Shown piece by piece: positions 1 to 10,052 of a stretch of DNA of 64,000 bases. Each line of letters opens with the position of its first letter. The first letter of the stretch is position 1. The notes beneath the pieces are model-generated. The model was not told the origin of the DNA, did not search any database, and saw nothing but the letters and a program-made list of their open reading frames with translations. This stretch comes from Desulfomonilia bacterium (GTDB taxonomy: Bacteria; Desulfobacterota; Desulfomonilia; UBA1062): positions 31,686 through 95,685 of the forward strand of contig JBEKDT010000018.1 of the NCBI GenBank assembly GCA_050014195.1. Direction: 5' to 3'. The translations under genes were made by a program, and so were the position numbers.

Positions 1-157
1 TGTAAAGGGCACCTATTATGGCACCAAATGAAATACCTGCGATACAGTCAATAGGGATGAGAGAATCCTTCAGTGCCCTGATGACACCTATGTGGGCAAG
101 TCCCCTTGAACCTCCGGCCCCCAGGGCAAGTGCCACCCTCTTTTTCCTTCTCAGCAT
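1..157 (-). CDS. patatin-like phospholipase (partial, runs off window start)
   Basis: Manual translation from ATG at 157: [52 protein letters not shown]. Shows the Gly-rich GAGGSRG and GxSxG (GISFG) motifs; ATG overlaps the TGA of the upstream HDAC gene. Not in the ORF track. Confidence 0.9.
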   Translation of the reverse strand, partial: MLRRKKRVALALGAGGSRGLAHIGVIRALKDSLIPIDCIAGISFGAIIGALY

Positions 158-1476
158 CAAAGTTTCCTGCAGATATATTGGTCCTGATCCATATCCTGCA
201 TATAAACGGCATAATAGCTGCCGGCGGGGTTGTCAAACCAGCTCATACCCTGGTCGCGGCAGGCATTACATGCATGGCGCGGCACATGGATGCCCAGGAT
301 ATGATAACCCGTGGTTGCCGCAGAATCTATTCTGAATGTTCCGGGGCAGGCAGTGCAGTACCTAAGGACTTCCTGCTGATTCTCGGAGATCCCGTCCGTG
401 TCGTAGAAGATGCTCCTGAACCGCTCCATGAAGGGCCGCCTCTCAGGCCTCAATCCTGCACGGGTTTTCCACATGGTAAGAATCTGTTCACACAGCGCTT
501 TGATGTAATCCGTGATCCTCGGATCCTGTTTTAATTTCACAAGGTCAAGATCGGGTTCCCGTACATAAGAATAGTCAACGCCTGCCAATGCCAGGATGAT
601 GCCGGTGTTCACATAAGGAAGGGCTCCTTCAATGGAGTAGCCGCCCTCGAGAACACAGATATCAGGACCAAGCATCTCATTGAGCTTTGCATAGCCTCCT
701 GCGGTGAAGGACATATTGGTGATGGGGTCTGTATAATGGTTGTCCTGGCCTGCGGAGTTGATGATGAGGTCAGGTTTGAAATCCTCTATCACCGGCATCA
801 CAAGGTTTTCCACTGCATAGAGAATGCCCTCATCGCTGGTCTTAGGCGGCAGGGGGATGTTCAATGTGAGCCCGGCGGCATTAGGCCCGCCGTATTCTGC
901 GGGGAACCCGGAGCCCGGATACAAGGTCCTGCCGTCCTGATGAATGGAGATGTAGAGCACATCCGGATCATGCCAATAGATATCCTGGGTTCCGTCTCCA
1001 TGATGGCAGTCCGTATCCACGATCGCGATCTTTTTAATCCTTGGGTAATGAGTCCTCACCCACTCCACCATAACCGCCTCAATGTTGATATTGCAGAAGC
1101 CGCGGGCACCCTGGACCACCCGCATGGCATGGTGCCCCGGAGGCCTCACAAGGGCAAAGGCATTGTCAACTACCCCTTCAAGAACAAGTCGGGCCGCCTC
1201 GATGCATCCTCCTGCAGATACATTATGGGACGGTGTAATGCGGGAGCCGACATCGGGGACGCAAAAATGGGCCCTGTTAATATCATGATCTTCCGCCAGG
1301 CCTGCCTTAAACTCGCGGATACCCTCGATATCGAGGATCCCCTCCTCCAGGATCTGGTCCTGGGTATAGAGGAGTCTCTCCTTACGTTCGGGATGGGTGG
1401 GTGTGATCTCCCAATCATATGCCGGGAAAAAGATCAGCCCTGTCCTCTTCTTTGCCTTGATCATTTTCCGCTCCAT
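157..1476 (-). CDS. histone deacetylase-family amidohydrolase with Cys-containing C-terminal extension
   Basis: [26 protein letters not shown] and EGGY motifs; alternative ATG at 1464 gives an ATGA overlap with the upstream gene. Confidence 0.92.
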   Translation of the reverse strand: MERKMIKAKKRTGLIFFPAYDWEITPTHPERKERLLYTQDQILEEGILDIEGIREFKAGLAEDHDINRAHFCVPDVGSRITPSHNVSAGGCIEAARLVLEGVVDNAFALVRPPGHHAMRVVQGARGFCNINIEAVMVEWVRTHYPRIKKIAIVDTDCHHGDGTQDIYWHDPDVLYISIHQDGRTLYPGSGFPAEYGGPNAAGLTLNIPLPPKTSDEGILYAVENLVMPVIEDFKPDLIINSAGQDNHYTDPITNMSFTAGGYAKLNEMLGPDICVLEGGYSIEGALPYVNTGIILALAGVDYSYVREPDLDLVKLKQDPRITDYIKALCEQILTMWKTRAGLRPERRPFMERFRSIFYDTDGISENQQEVLRYCTACPGTFRIDSAATTGYHILGIHVPRHACNACRDQGMSWFDNPAGSYYAVYMQDMDQDQYICRKL

Positions 1477-3116
1477 TCATGCAGGATGCCGGGCCTTGTC
1501 TGGATCTTGACCCTCATGTTCTTCCCTACGGTGGAAAAACCCCTTACCATATTGAAGCTTTGTTCTTCGATAACGCTGAACTCCGCATTATCACTAAGCC
1601 CAAGCAGGGAGGCATTCTCTCTTATAGCGGCAAACCCAAAGGCCTTCAGTTCATCCATGCTCAGCGTCTGTTCAGCCTCTTTTTCCATGTGCAGCTCGGG
1701 GCAGACGATCCTGCGCAACTGTGTGTCGGCAACCAGGGTGATCTGGGCCGTGGTCCGGGCAAGGGCCGCACCCAGGGCATTGGCCACCATTGCATGCTCG
1801 GGCACCTCACACTCCATGTTCAGCGACGCCTCGATATACGGTTTGAGCAACCTGGCCGGGCCTCCGATGAGGATAACCCTTTGCGGCTGTACGATGTCGG
1901 GATGGAGCATCTCATGAATGGTGTAGACCGGATGGCTGTTCACCTCGTCGACAAATTCTTTTGCCGCTTTTCTGATATTCTCCACGATTGTCGATATGAT
2001 CTCGGAGTTAAGTCGGGGGATATCCATACCCAGGTGATCCCCCAGGGGCGAGAGCGCGTCTATAGACTTTCCGGCATCTCCTCCCTCAAATTCGCCACGT
2101 ACTGCAAACACATCCATGGGCGTGGGTACGACACCTCCCATGCAGGCAGGGGGACCGCTTCTCGCCGGACCGACCCGTAATTCGCCGTCTTGTTCCCATA
2201 CACATGAGTCGCCGCCGGCACCCACAGAGACCACCTTGAGTCCGCGTACCAGTGTCTTGCGTCCATCGATATCCACTCCTTTAGGTTCCAGGATGGGGAT
2301 GCCATCCAACAGGATGCCGATATCCGTTGTCGTACCGCCCACATCGAGTACCAGTGCTGTCCCTTCAGGCTTTTCCGTCAACGCCAATGCCCCCATCATG
2401 CTCGCTGCCGGGCCGGAAAGAATAGTCTCCACAGGGAGCCTGTTCGCAGCCGGTGAGGCATAGGTCCCCCCATCGGCCTTGAGGAAAAACAAAGGGGCAT
2501 TAACGCCCAGGTGTGCAAGGGCCTTTTGAACGGCCAAAACAAAGCGTTCCTGCACGGGCATGACTGCAACGTTGAAATAGGTGGTATTGATTCGTCTGGG
2601 AAAATTAAGGCTCCCGCTCATGGTATGGCCCTGGCAAACGAATGGGAAATCGTCTTTGACCAGAGATGCTATGAAAGACTCATGGGCAGGGTTTCTGACG
2701 GAAAACTTGGAGACAATGCCGACGCCCTCGATACCTGAACCTTTCATATGCCGGGAAGCCCTAAGGACTTCTTGTTGATCTACCGGGACATACTCTCGGC
2801 CCCGGTGGTCGATGGCACCCTGCACAAGATGAAACGAATCAGTAAGAAAATAGTGGCCGGGATATATACCAGGGCCGGCAGAGACAATCATGCCGGTTTT
2901 TGCATATTTCTTCTCCACAATTGCATTCGTGGAGAGTGTCGTGGACAGGACCACCCTCTTTACCCCTGAGTACTTGATCCCGAGGCTGCCGAGCGCCTCC
3001 ATGATGGAACCCACGAGATCTTTGCCTGTAGGGGTCTTGGCAGTTGAAAGAATGTCTCTTCCTGACAGACATACAGCATCGGTATGTGTGCCGCCAATGT
3101 CGATACCCAATATCAT
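1461..3116 (-). CDS. hydantoinase/oxoprolinase A-type (ASKHA ATPase) family protein
   Basis: GIDIGGTHTD, LSGPAAS, DVGGTTTD and ANALGAA motifs; start placed at ATG 3116 after AAGGAG (ORF track starts at 3143). Confidence 0.88.
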   Translation of the reverse strand: MILGIDIGGTHTDAVCLSGRDILSTAKTPTGKDLVGSIMEALGSLGIKYSGVKRVVLSTTLSTNAIVEKKYAKTGMIVSAGPGIYPGHYFLTDSFHLVQGAIDHRGREYVPVDQQEVLRASRHMKGSGIEGVGIVSKFSVRNPAHESFIASLVKDDFPFVCQGHTMSGSLNFPRRINTTYFNVAVMPVQERFVLAVQKALAHLGVNAPLFFLKADGGTYASPAANRLPVETILSGPAASMMGALALTEKPEGTALVLDVGGTTTDIGILLDGIPILEPKGVDIDGRKTLVRGLKVVSVGAGGDSCVWEQDGELRVGPARSGPPACMGGVVPTPMDVFAVRGEFEGGDAGKSIDALSPLGDHLGMDIPRLNSEIISTIVENIRKAAKEFVDEVNSHPVYTIHEMLHPDIVQPQRVILIGGPARLLKPYIEASLNMECEVPEHAMVANALGAALARTTAQITLVADTQLRRIVCPELHMEKEAEQTLSMDELKAFGFAAIRENASLLGLSDNAEFSVIEEQSFNMVRGFSTVGKNMRVKIQTRPGILHEWSGK

Positions 3117-3374
3117 AAAGACTCCTTCTTGGTCCTTGGGCATGTCTTAACTGCCGGATTTACGCTTGTGCTCCGCCATCTTGGTTATGGGCGGCGATTA
3201 ACCGTCTTTAAAAAGGCCGTATCAGGATAATGAGCACAAGATGGTTTTTCAGCATGGGCACATTCGATTAAGATCATACCAATTCATTTCTAAAATGACA
3301 ATCCTTTGAGGGGATCTTGCGTTGATTGTTTGGATCTGATAGATCTCGGAAGTGAAAGTTACTTGGAGGTCGAT

Positions 3375-4523
3375 TTGAAAAAAACATTTCTCGCATGTAT
3401 AGCGTTGCTCACGATGCTGGGCTGCTCCAAATCAGGAGCTACCCTGTCGGAATCTAACATAACCAATGATAATGCGGTCACTGGCCAACGGATCTTCGCC
3501 CAGGTCAATTACCTCACGGACAACCCCCCTATGACATACCAATGGACCGCAACAGGCGGGGTACTTGATATACCCGATACTGCACCGTATTCCACCTACT
3601 GGACAGCCCCGGATGTCCCCGGCACTTATAACCTCACCTGCACGGTTACTGACAAAACGAAGAAAAATATGACACATACCTTCAATATCCAGGTTCGTGC
3701 TCGGTCCTTGGAGAGCAACCTTGTCGGTACCGGTCTTGAAGTCATCACTATCTCCAAGGAGACTGAGTACGAAATCGGGGGGATATGGGCTTCTGTTAAA
3801 GATAATAAACTCAGGTTCATCACATCACAAACCAATGAGGAGAGCATCTGGAGCATGAATTTCTTTACCATGCTGAACCATACAGATCCTACTACTCAGC
3901 TATACACCCTCTGGGGGGTTGAGTCTGTGGGTAACAATATCATAGAACTCACGTCCTCCACCGAGACTACCCTTGTCTGTGGAACCTGTTTGAATATTGA
4001 TAAGATAACGGCATTGGCACAGGATGTAACTGATACTTCCGTTCTCTGGGTAGGCACTGAATCAAGCCTCAATTATTACACACCCGCAACCGATACAACC
4101 ACCGCATCGTGGACCAATTATTTGTCTGCACATGTCTACGACCTCTCTGAGGGGCCCGACTATGTCTATGCTGCGACGAACGGTGGAATATACAGGACCG
4201 ACGGGACCAAAACCCCGATCTATGGTGGTGATACCTGTGCAGTGCTTGCAGTGGACAATGGCACCACTTCACCAGAGGTATGGTCCGTGGTCCAAGGAAA
4301 GATCCAGAAAGACGGTCAGCAGTTAGAGGTTCAGCCGAGCGTTGTGATATGCAGTCTTGACGAGGACCCTGCCGGAAACATCTGGTGCGGCAAATACTGG
4401 TGGGACGGAAGCCAGTGGCATGTTGTACCCGGTCTGGATTCAGTTACCATCGTCAAATCCGTTGCAAGCACGGAAGGCCTGACCTATTTGCTCTCCGACT
4501 CAGGGGCTCTCTACCGCTGGTAG
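3375..4523 (+). CDS. lipoprotein with PKD/Ig-like N-terminal domain and probable beta-propeller
   Basis: GGAGG then TTG at 3375; MKKTFLACIALLTMLGC lipobox; TYQWTATGG..WTAP..GTYNLTCTVTD PKD-like motif; LWVGT and IWCG propeller-like repeats. Confidence 0.7.
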   Translation: MKKTFLACIALLTMLGCSKSGATLSESNITNDNAVTGQRIFAQVNYLTDNPPMTYQWTATGGVLDIPDTAPYSTYWTAPDVPGTYNLTCTVTDKTKKNMTHTFNIQVRARSLESNLVGTGLEVITISKETEYEIGGIWASVKDNKLRFITSQTNEESIWSMNFFTMLNHTDPTTQLYTLWGVESVGNNIIELTSSTETTLVCGTCLNIDKITALAQDVTDTSVLWVGTESSLNYYTPATDTTTASWTNYLSAHVYDLSEGPDYVYAATNGGIYRTDGTKTPIYGGDTCAVLAVDNGTTSPEVWSVVQGKIQKDGQQLEVQPSVVICSLDEDPAGNIWCGKYWWDGSQWHVVPGLDSVTIVKSVASTEGLTYLLSDSGALYRW

Positions 4524-5087
4524 GTTCGTGCGCGAGGCGATATCCTTGGCAATACCCTCAAGCATACCGTTCATGACCTCTTCGATGTAGGGTGACGGCA
4601 CGTCAATACTTCGCAACAATGTAATGTCGAAGGCACTCTTTTGGGATGACGCCTTAGCGGTACGATAGAAAAGGGTCTGGGAATCAGAAGCCCCTGTCAC
4701 CCGGATTGTGAGGAATACGGTGGTAGGTTCCTCATTGCCTCCATAAGAAAGGTGATCCAAAGTCCCAGTGATGATATAATTCACAGCCTGGGGCCTTTTT
4801 TCGACAAAGAAAACCCTGCTGAATGCCTTTTGTTCGATCAGGTATTCCGTCAGCCTCTGTGCTGCGTATACCCCCCACTCGTCATTGCCCTTTGCATGGA
4901 ACGGCATTACCGCTGCAGTGTTCGAATACGCGCCTGCAAGTCCAGAGTCTATTGGGGTGGCTTCCTCATAGTGCCGGGTGGGCATGACAAGGGCGCAACC
5001 GCTTGCAAGGATAGCGATAATAATAAAGACTGCAGGCATAAAAATATGTGCGTAGCAGGTGTGACCATCTTTAAATCTTCTTCTCAT
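4500..5087 (-). CDS. hypothetical lipoprotein (alpha/beta, CsgG/TolB-N-like)
   Basis: Hydrophobic stretch ending in LASGC; AVMPF and YIITGT patterns; AGGAG upstream. Confidence 0.6.
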   Translation of the reverse strand: MRRRFKDGHTCYAHIFMPAVFIIIAILASGCALVMPTRHYEEATPIDSGLAGAYSNTAAVMPFHAKGNDEWGVYAAQRLTEYLIEQKAFSRVFFVEKRPQAVNYIITGTLDHLSYGGNEEPTTVFLTIRVTGASDSQTLFYRTAKASSQKSAFDITLLRSIDVPSPYIEEVMNGMLEGIAKDIASRTNLPAVESP

Positions 5088-5252
5088 GCCTGGTGCTCCC
5101 TTCTATCTCTTACACTTAAAATTATCGGGATTCCAGCATTTGATCTTTAAAAGGACCATCTTCAATTATTGGTAATTTGTTCCATATAAAACAATGAAGG
5201 GCCGACCAAATGGGGCGACCCTTTTATCACCATGAGTTTGGACATGGGATAA

Positions 5253-5678
5253 TTAATTTTTCAGACTATCCCATAACGTAGTGTTTACAGCAACTGCGGC
5301 TCCATTTAATGTTCCACGGTTGCCGTTGTTATCAATGGCAAATACAATACCATCCCCTGCCTGAGCATTGATGGGGGTGGCTGAGGCAATAAATGCTGTT
5401 CCTCCATTCTGGGAGGTTGCTGCGATAAGGTAGTTGCTCGTACTCGGATTGGGATAATTCCTTGGGGGACCTATTAAGGTTGCCAGGCCCACATAATTAT
5501 TATTTTCAGCAAAGTACTTCTCTTCATATAAAGCCACGGTCTCCAGGGCTGTGACCGCATCAGCCCGCCTGGTCCTGGTCATATATCCTGTGTACGCAGG
5601 TATGGCAATAGCGGCGAGGATACCTACAACTACCACCACGATCATGATTTCGATCAGGGAGAATCCCTTCTTGTTCAT
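5253..5678 (-). CDS. type IV pilin (PilE-like)
   Basis: Prepilin motif KKG/FSLIEIMIVVVVVGILAAIAIPAY with E5; AAGGAG RBS. Confidence 0.92.
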   Translation of the reverse strand: MNKKGFSLIEIMIVVVVVGILAAIAIPAYTGYMTRTRRADAVTALETVALYEEKYFAENNNYVGLATLIGPPRNYPNPSTSNYLIAATSQNGGTAFIASATPINAQAGDGIVFAIDNNGNRGTLNGAAVAVNTTLWDSLKN

Positions 5679-5818
5679 GCCCTGTCTCCTTTTTATACAA
5701 ATGCCTCAACATAACTTATCGGCTGTTTTCTCAGCTTGCAATAGGGATTACAAAGATTTCGAGGTTCCGGAGTGAGCAATACTTGACCCTTTGAACCGGA
5801 GGATATATTGAGGGGTTC

Positions 5819-7141
5819 ATGAAAGGCCGCATCAAGATATTCACCTATGGATGCCAGATGAACGACCTGGACAGCCAGAAGATGTATTCCGAGCTTTCCA
5901 AGGCCGGTTTCATGTCCACCCATGAGACCAAAGAGGCGGATATCATCATCATTAACACCTGCTCAGTCAGACAAAAGGCCTATGAAAAGGCCATCAGCAA
6001 CCTGGGAAGATTAAAGACCCACAAATCGAGGAAGCCTTCATTGATTATAGCAGTGACAGGCTGTGTTGCACAACAGGAAGGTGAAAGCCTCCGAGAGCGT
6101 ATGCCCCACGTTGACATCATCCTCGGCACCCATCAGCTCCATCGCCTCCCAGAGCTCATTGAGCAAATGCGTAGTAAGTCAAACCCAATAACTGAGACAA
6201 GATTCGGCAACTGCATTCCGTCCATGGAGATTGTTCCTGACCTTGAATTCTCAGAGAAACCCCACCGCGCCTATATCAATATCATGCAAGGGTGCGACAA
6301 TTACTGCTCTTATTGCATCGTACCCTCGGTAAGAGGCCGTGAGATCAGCAGGGACAGCATGAACATCCTCAATGAGGTCAGATTGCATGCCTCACGGGGG
6401 GTCAAAGAGGTGTTTTTGCTCGGCCAGAATGTCAATTCATACAACGGGGGCATTTCTTTTCCACAACTCCTGAGAGATATCCATGCAATGGAAGGGATTG
6501 AGCGCATACGCTTCACCACATCCCATCCCAAGGATGTGAGTGATGACCTCCTCGGGTGTTTCAAGGATCTTGGAAAATTATGCAGTCACCTGCATCTCCC
6601 CTTCCAGTCCGGATCTGACCGCGTGCTCAAGGCAATGAATCGGAATTATACTCACCGGTCGTACCTCGACCTCATCGCACGACTTCGCTCGGCCAAGCCT
6701 GATATAGCCTTCAGTGCGGATGTCATGGTGGGCTTCCCGGGTGAGACGGAGCAGGATTTTCTGGACACCCTTGCCATCATCGAGGCGGTCCGGTTTGATG
6801 TGCTCTATTCATTCAAGTACTCGGTGAGACCCGGCACTGCAGCGGCATTGTTAGATGACAATGTCACGCCGGAAGAAAAGATCGAGCGGCTTACAAAACT
6901 CCAGTCCCTTCAAAAGGGGATAACCCTTGATAACAACCGGTTCCGCATCGGAAAGACATATGATGTCCTCGTGGATGGTATGAGTCCTAAAAATCCTCAA
7001 CAGGTCCGCGGAAGAACCATCCATAATGCCATAGTGAACTTCTCGGGCGAGAAGGGCCTCATCGGAAAGACCCAGGCTGTTCGCATCACCCGGGCAAACC
7101 CCAACTCGCTCACAGGAGAGATAGCCTCAGACTTTTGTTGA
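5819..7141 (+). CDS. miaB: tRNA-2-methylthio-N6-dimethylallyladenosine synthase
   Basis: TYGCQMN, NTCSVR, GCVAQ, radical SAM motif CDNYCSYC and a C-terminal TRAM domain. Confidence 0.95.
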   Translation: MKGRIKIFTYGCQMNDLDSQKMYSELSKAGFMSTHETKEADIIIINTCSVRQKAYEKAISNLGRLKTHKSRKPSLIIAVTGCVAQQEGESLRERMPHVDIILGTHQLHRLPELIEQMRSKSNPITETRFGNCIPSMEIVPDLEFSEKPHRAYINIMQGCDNYCSYCIVPSVRGREISRDSMNILNEVRLHASRGVKEVFLLGQNVNSYNGGISFPQLLRDIHAMEGIERIRFTTSHPKDVSDDLLGCFKDLGKLCSHLHLPFQSGSDRVLKAMNRNYTHRSYLDLIARLRSAKPDIAFSADVMVGFPGETEQDFLDTLAIIEAVRFDVLYSFKYSVRPGTAAALLDDNVTPEEKIERLTKLQSLQKGITLDNNRFRIGKTYDVLVDGMSPKNPQQVRGRTIHNAIVNFSGEKGLIGKTQAVRITRANPNSLTGEIASDFC

Positions 7142-7210
7142 TAAAGTTTTAAGTTTGAAGATCAATTCCACTTGGATCACGTAAGCTTCTAGTGGTATGA
7201 ACGTACCATC

Positions 7211-8125
7211 ATGGAACAGCCCAAACGGTGGCCAACCATACTCATCCTCATCATCATGCAGATCGCCTGGCTTATTGTTCTGGTCATAGGGGTAGTCTGG
7301 TTTATTCATTATCGCCACATCCGCATTCGCCCGATAGGCGTCTGGGATGTTGTCGTAATCACCGAAGTCTCTATACTCTTTACCCTTATCCTCGCAGGGA
7401 TTTATGTGCTCTTCATCCTTTACCAGAGGCAGCTCACCCTTCTGAAGACCCAGATGTACATCCTCCAGTCCGTCACCCATGCCTTCAAGACGCCGCTGGC
7501 CACCATGCAGCTCTACCTGGAAACTATTACCAAACGGGACCTCCCGGAGAAAACGAGGGTTGAACTCTTAAACGGCATGCTCATGGTGAATCAGCGCTTG
7601 AAATCGCTGGTATATAATTTTCTTGAGAGCGCCCGTCTGAGTTCAAACCGAAGACCCTACTCTTTTTCCATGGTATCCCTACCCCGGTTCATCTCCTCCT
7701 ATATTGGAAATAATGAGATCTTCCTCAAAGATGTCGATGTGCACTTCCATCCACCCGATGAAGATATCCTCGTCTGTGTGGATGCCGATACCTTTGAAAT
7801 GGTATTCTCGAACCTTATCGAAAACGCCATCCATTATTCCACGTCCTCTCCGAGGGTGGACATCAGGTTGTGGAAGGATGACAGGTGGGCATTTATCGAA
7901 TTTTCTGATACAGGGATAGGTATACCCCAAGAGCGCCACCTAGATGTATTCAAGATGTTCAAGAGGCTTCCGGAGGGTGCAAACCTCTGGGGCTCAGGAA
8001 CAGGTATGGGCCTGTATGTGGTAAAAGGCATTATTAAGGCACATGGAGGGACTATAAGGGTGAACGTTAAAGACAAGGGAGAGGGCACCTCCTTCAGGAT
8101 TCGATTGCCTATTACGAGATTATGA
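7211..8125 (+). CDS. membrane sensor histidine kinase
   Basis: Two TM helices; H-box VTHAFKTPL, NLIENA, DTGIGI, GTGMGL. Confidence 0.93.
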   Translation: MEQPKRWPTILILIIMQIAWLIVLVIGVVWFIHYRHIRIRPIGVWDVVVITEVSILFTLILAGIYVLFILYQRQLTLLKTQMYILQSVTHAFKTPLATMQLYLETITKRDLPEKTRVELLNGMLMVNQRLKSLVYNFLESARLSSNRRPYSFSMVSLPRFISSYIGNNEIFLKDVDVHFHPPDEDILVCVDADTFEMVFSNLIENAIHYSTSSPRVDIRLWKDDRWAFIEFSDTGIGIPQERHLDVFKMFKRLPEGANLWGSGTGMGLYVVKGIIKAHGGTIRVNVKDKGEGTSFRIRLPITRL

Positions 8126-8811
8126 CCATCAAATGGCGCATTCTCATTATTGAAGACGACCATGCACTGTCATTGGGGTTGAGAATTAATCTGGAGGCTG
8201 AAGGATATGAAGTTCTCCATGCATTAACCGCTGAGGAAGGTTTGGCCATCCTTGATAATTCCAGTGCAGACTTGGTGGTCCTCGACCTTATGCTGCCCGG
8301 TATGGACGGGGTTGAAGCGCTTGAGCGTATACGGAGCGAGAACCTTAAGCTTCCTGTGCTCATCCTTACTGCACGTTCTTCTGCGGATGATAAAGTCGAG
8401 GGACTGAAGGCCGGGGCCGACGACTATCTCACCAAGCCCTTTCACCTGGAGGAGTTTCTCCTCAGGGTTCGCAGGATGCTCGACCGGTACCAATGGTACA
8501 AACCGGAAGATGTACTCCAGATCGGCAATACCAGGGTCGATTTCAATACCCTGGAGATAGAGGATAGTACCGGTAAGATCTTGCGTATCACACCTCATGA
8601 GGCAAACCTTATTCAATACATCACCCTCCACCAGGACCGCATTGTGACACGCTCCGAGCTGCTGAAGAACGTCTGGGGACTCGACCCCGATATCGAGACA
8701 AGGACCGTGGATACATTCATCTCCCGGATCAGGCGATATCTTGAAAAAGACCCCTCAAAACCTGAGCATATCATCAGCATCAGGGGCAAGGGATATCGGT
8801 TTCTCCCTTAG
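8122..8811 (+). CDS. OmpR/PhoB-family response regulator
   Basis: EDD, DLMLPGMDG, GADDYLTKPF, RTVDTFISRIR and winged-helix RGKGY; ATGA overlap with the kinase. Confidence 0.95.
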   Translation: MTIKWRILIIEDDHALSLGLRINLEAEGYEVLHALTAEEGLAILDNSSADLVVLDLMLPGMDGVEALERIRSENLKLPVLILTARSSADDKVEGLKAGADDYLTKPFHLEEFLLRVRRMLDRYQWYKPEDVLQIGNTRVDFNTLEIEDSTGKILRITPHEANLIQYITLHQDRIVTRSELLKNVWGLDPDIETRTVDTFISRIRRYLEKDPSKPEHIISIRGKGYRFLP

Positions 8812-8844
8812 TGAATAGTGGCTAGTGATTACTGACTAGTGGTG
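8810..8844 (+). repeat. degenerate heptamer tandem repeat (AGTGANT-like x5)
   Basis: AGTGAAT AGTGGCT AGTGATT ACTGACT AGTGGTG starting at the stop codon. Confidence 0.7.
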
Positions 8845-8920
8845 TAAAGGATTTCTTGGCAGTACAGTTAAAATGGGGGATCATAACAATTAAATAATAT
8901 AGAAAACAGTAACTGATATT

Positions 8921-8969
8921 TTGACACATTTGATACAATGATTTATATAAATCTTATAGTTTAACTTTA
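8921..8969 (+). promoter_or_regulatory. sigma70-like promoter plus palindromic operator
   Basis: TTGACA at 8921, TATATA/TATAAA at 8944/8946, then TATAGTTTAACTTTA at 8955-8969. Confidence 0.7.
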
Positions 8970-8985
8970 TACTTAAGAGGAGCAG

Positions 8986-9681
8986 GTGATGGGGCTGAAA
9001 ATAGGTGAGATTGCCAAGAAAAGCGGTGTGCCCCCCTCAACGATACGTTACTATGTGCGGCAAGGGCTCCTTCCGGAGCCGGACAAGGTCAATAAGAGCA
9101 TGGCCTACTATGACGAGCAATGCATAGAAAAGATATATGCCATCCGTCATCTCCAGGAAAGGAAATACTTTCCTCTGTCGGTGATTAAAAACATCCTCCG
9201 GAGGATGGACCAGGGCCTCAGCCTCGATGAGGCTGAAGCTATTGAGGACGCTGTCTTTGGGGCTGTACCCGAAGCCGCGGAGAAGGTAATGGATAGGGCC
9301 CAGTTTCTTCAGAACACCAAACTTACCAATGATGAACTCCAGACAGCCCTTAAGATAGGGCTCTTGATTCCTTATCTCCAGGAAAAAGGACGCACCCTCT
9401 ATAACCAAGAAGATGTCCGTTTTGCACGAGAGGCCCTCAAGAAGATACTTACCTTCGGCCAGGATCTCCATGAACTGAGCTTCTATGTGGATCTTGGGAA
9501 ACAGATCGTCGACCATGAAATGAGCCTGCGGAAAGCTGCGGTTAAAGGAAAATCTCAACAGGAAAATATCCGTGTCACAACCGAAATTTCAAAGATGGCA
9601 GACCTCCTGAGGGGCTACATTATCCGGAGACTTTTTCAGAGAAGGGTCCAAGCTGCTATCCAGAAGAGTCTTACTGAATGA
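8986..9681 (+). CDS. MerR-family transcriptional regulator
   Basis: KIGEIAKKSGVPPSTIRYYVRQGLLP HTH; a second degenerate HTH-like segment mid-protein. Confidence 0.9.
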   Translation: MMGLKIGEIAKKSGVPPSTIRYYVRQGLLPEPDKVNKSMAYYDEQCIEKIYAIRHLQERKYFPLSVIKNILRRMDQGLSLDEAEAIEDAVFGAVPEAAEKVMDRAQFLQNTKLTNDELQTALKIGLLIPYLQEKGRTLYNQEDVRFAREALKKILTFGQDLHELSFYVDLGKQIVDHEMSLRKAAVKGKSQQENIRVTTEISKMADLLRGYIIRRLFQRRVQAAIQKSLTE

Positions 9682-10052
9682 TTATCCGAGGATATTTTCT
9701 TTCCACACCTTTGGGTAATTCTTTTCCAATAAACCGGAAAATCTGTTAATCAAATTTCATAACGCACCGTATTTCCAAGCCCACGCATTGAGCATGATTT
9801 TTGCAACACAAGTATTTGATTATTTTTTTATTTATCACATGTTTGATCAATTATTTTGAACGTGGGGGATTCTCTTTGCGGAGGTAATTATACGGGAATA
9901 GATAAAGACGTGTGAATCCAATAATCCCTCTATAAGTCTGGCGGTCTTTGTCCGTTGAGGGCATAGGGATAAAGACCCAGAGTTGATATAATATTATGCT
10001 ACAGAAATACTTTATGGTATTATGTCCTTGAGCGTAGAAGGAAACGTATACG

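Noticed and set aside
9895-9980. GATAAAGAC repeat and hairpin GGTCTTTGTCC/GGATAAAGACC upstream of the lipoprotein gene
   Set aside because: No match to a riboswitch I recognise and no T-tract; too little to call.
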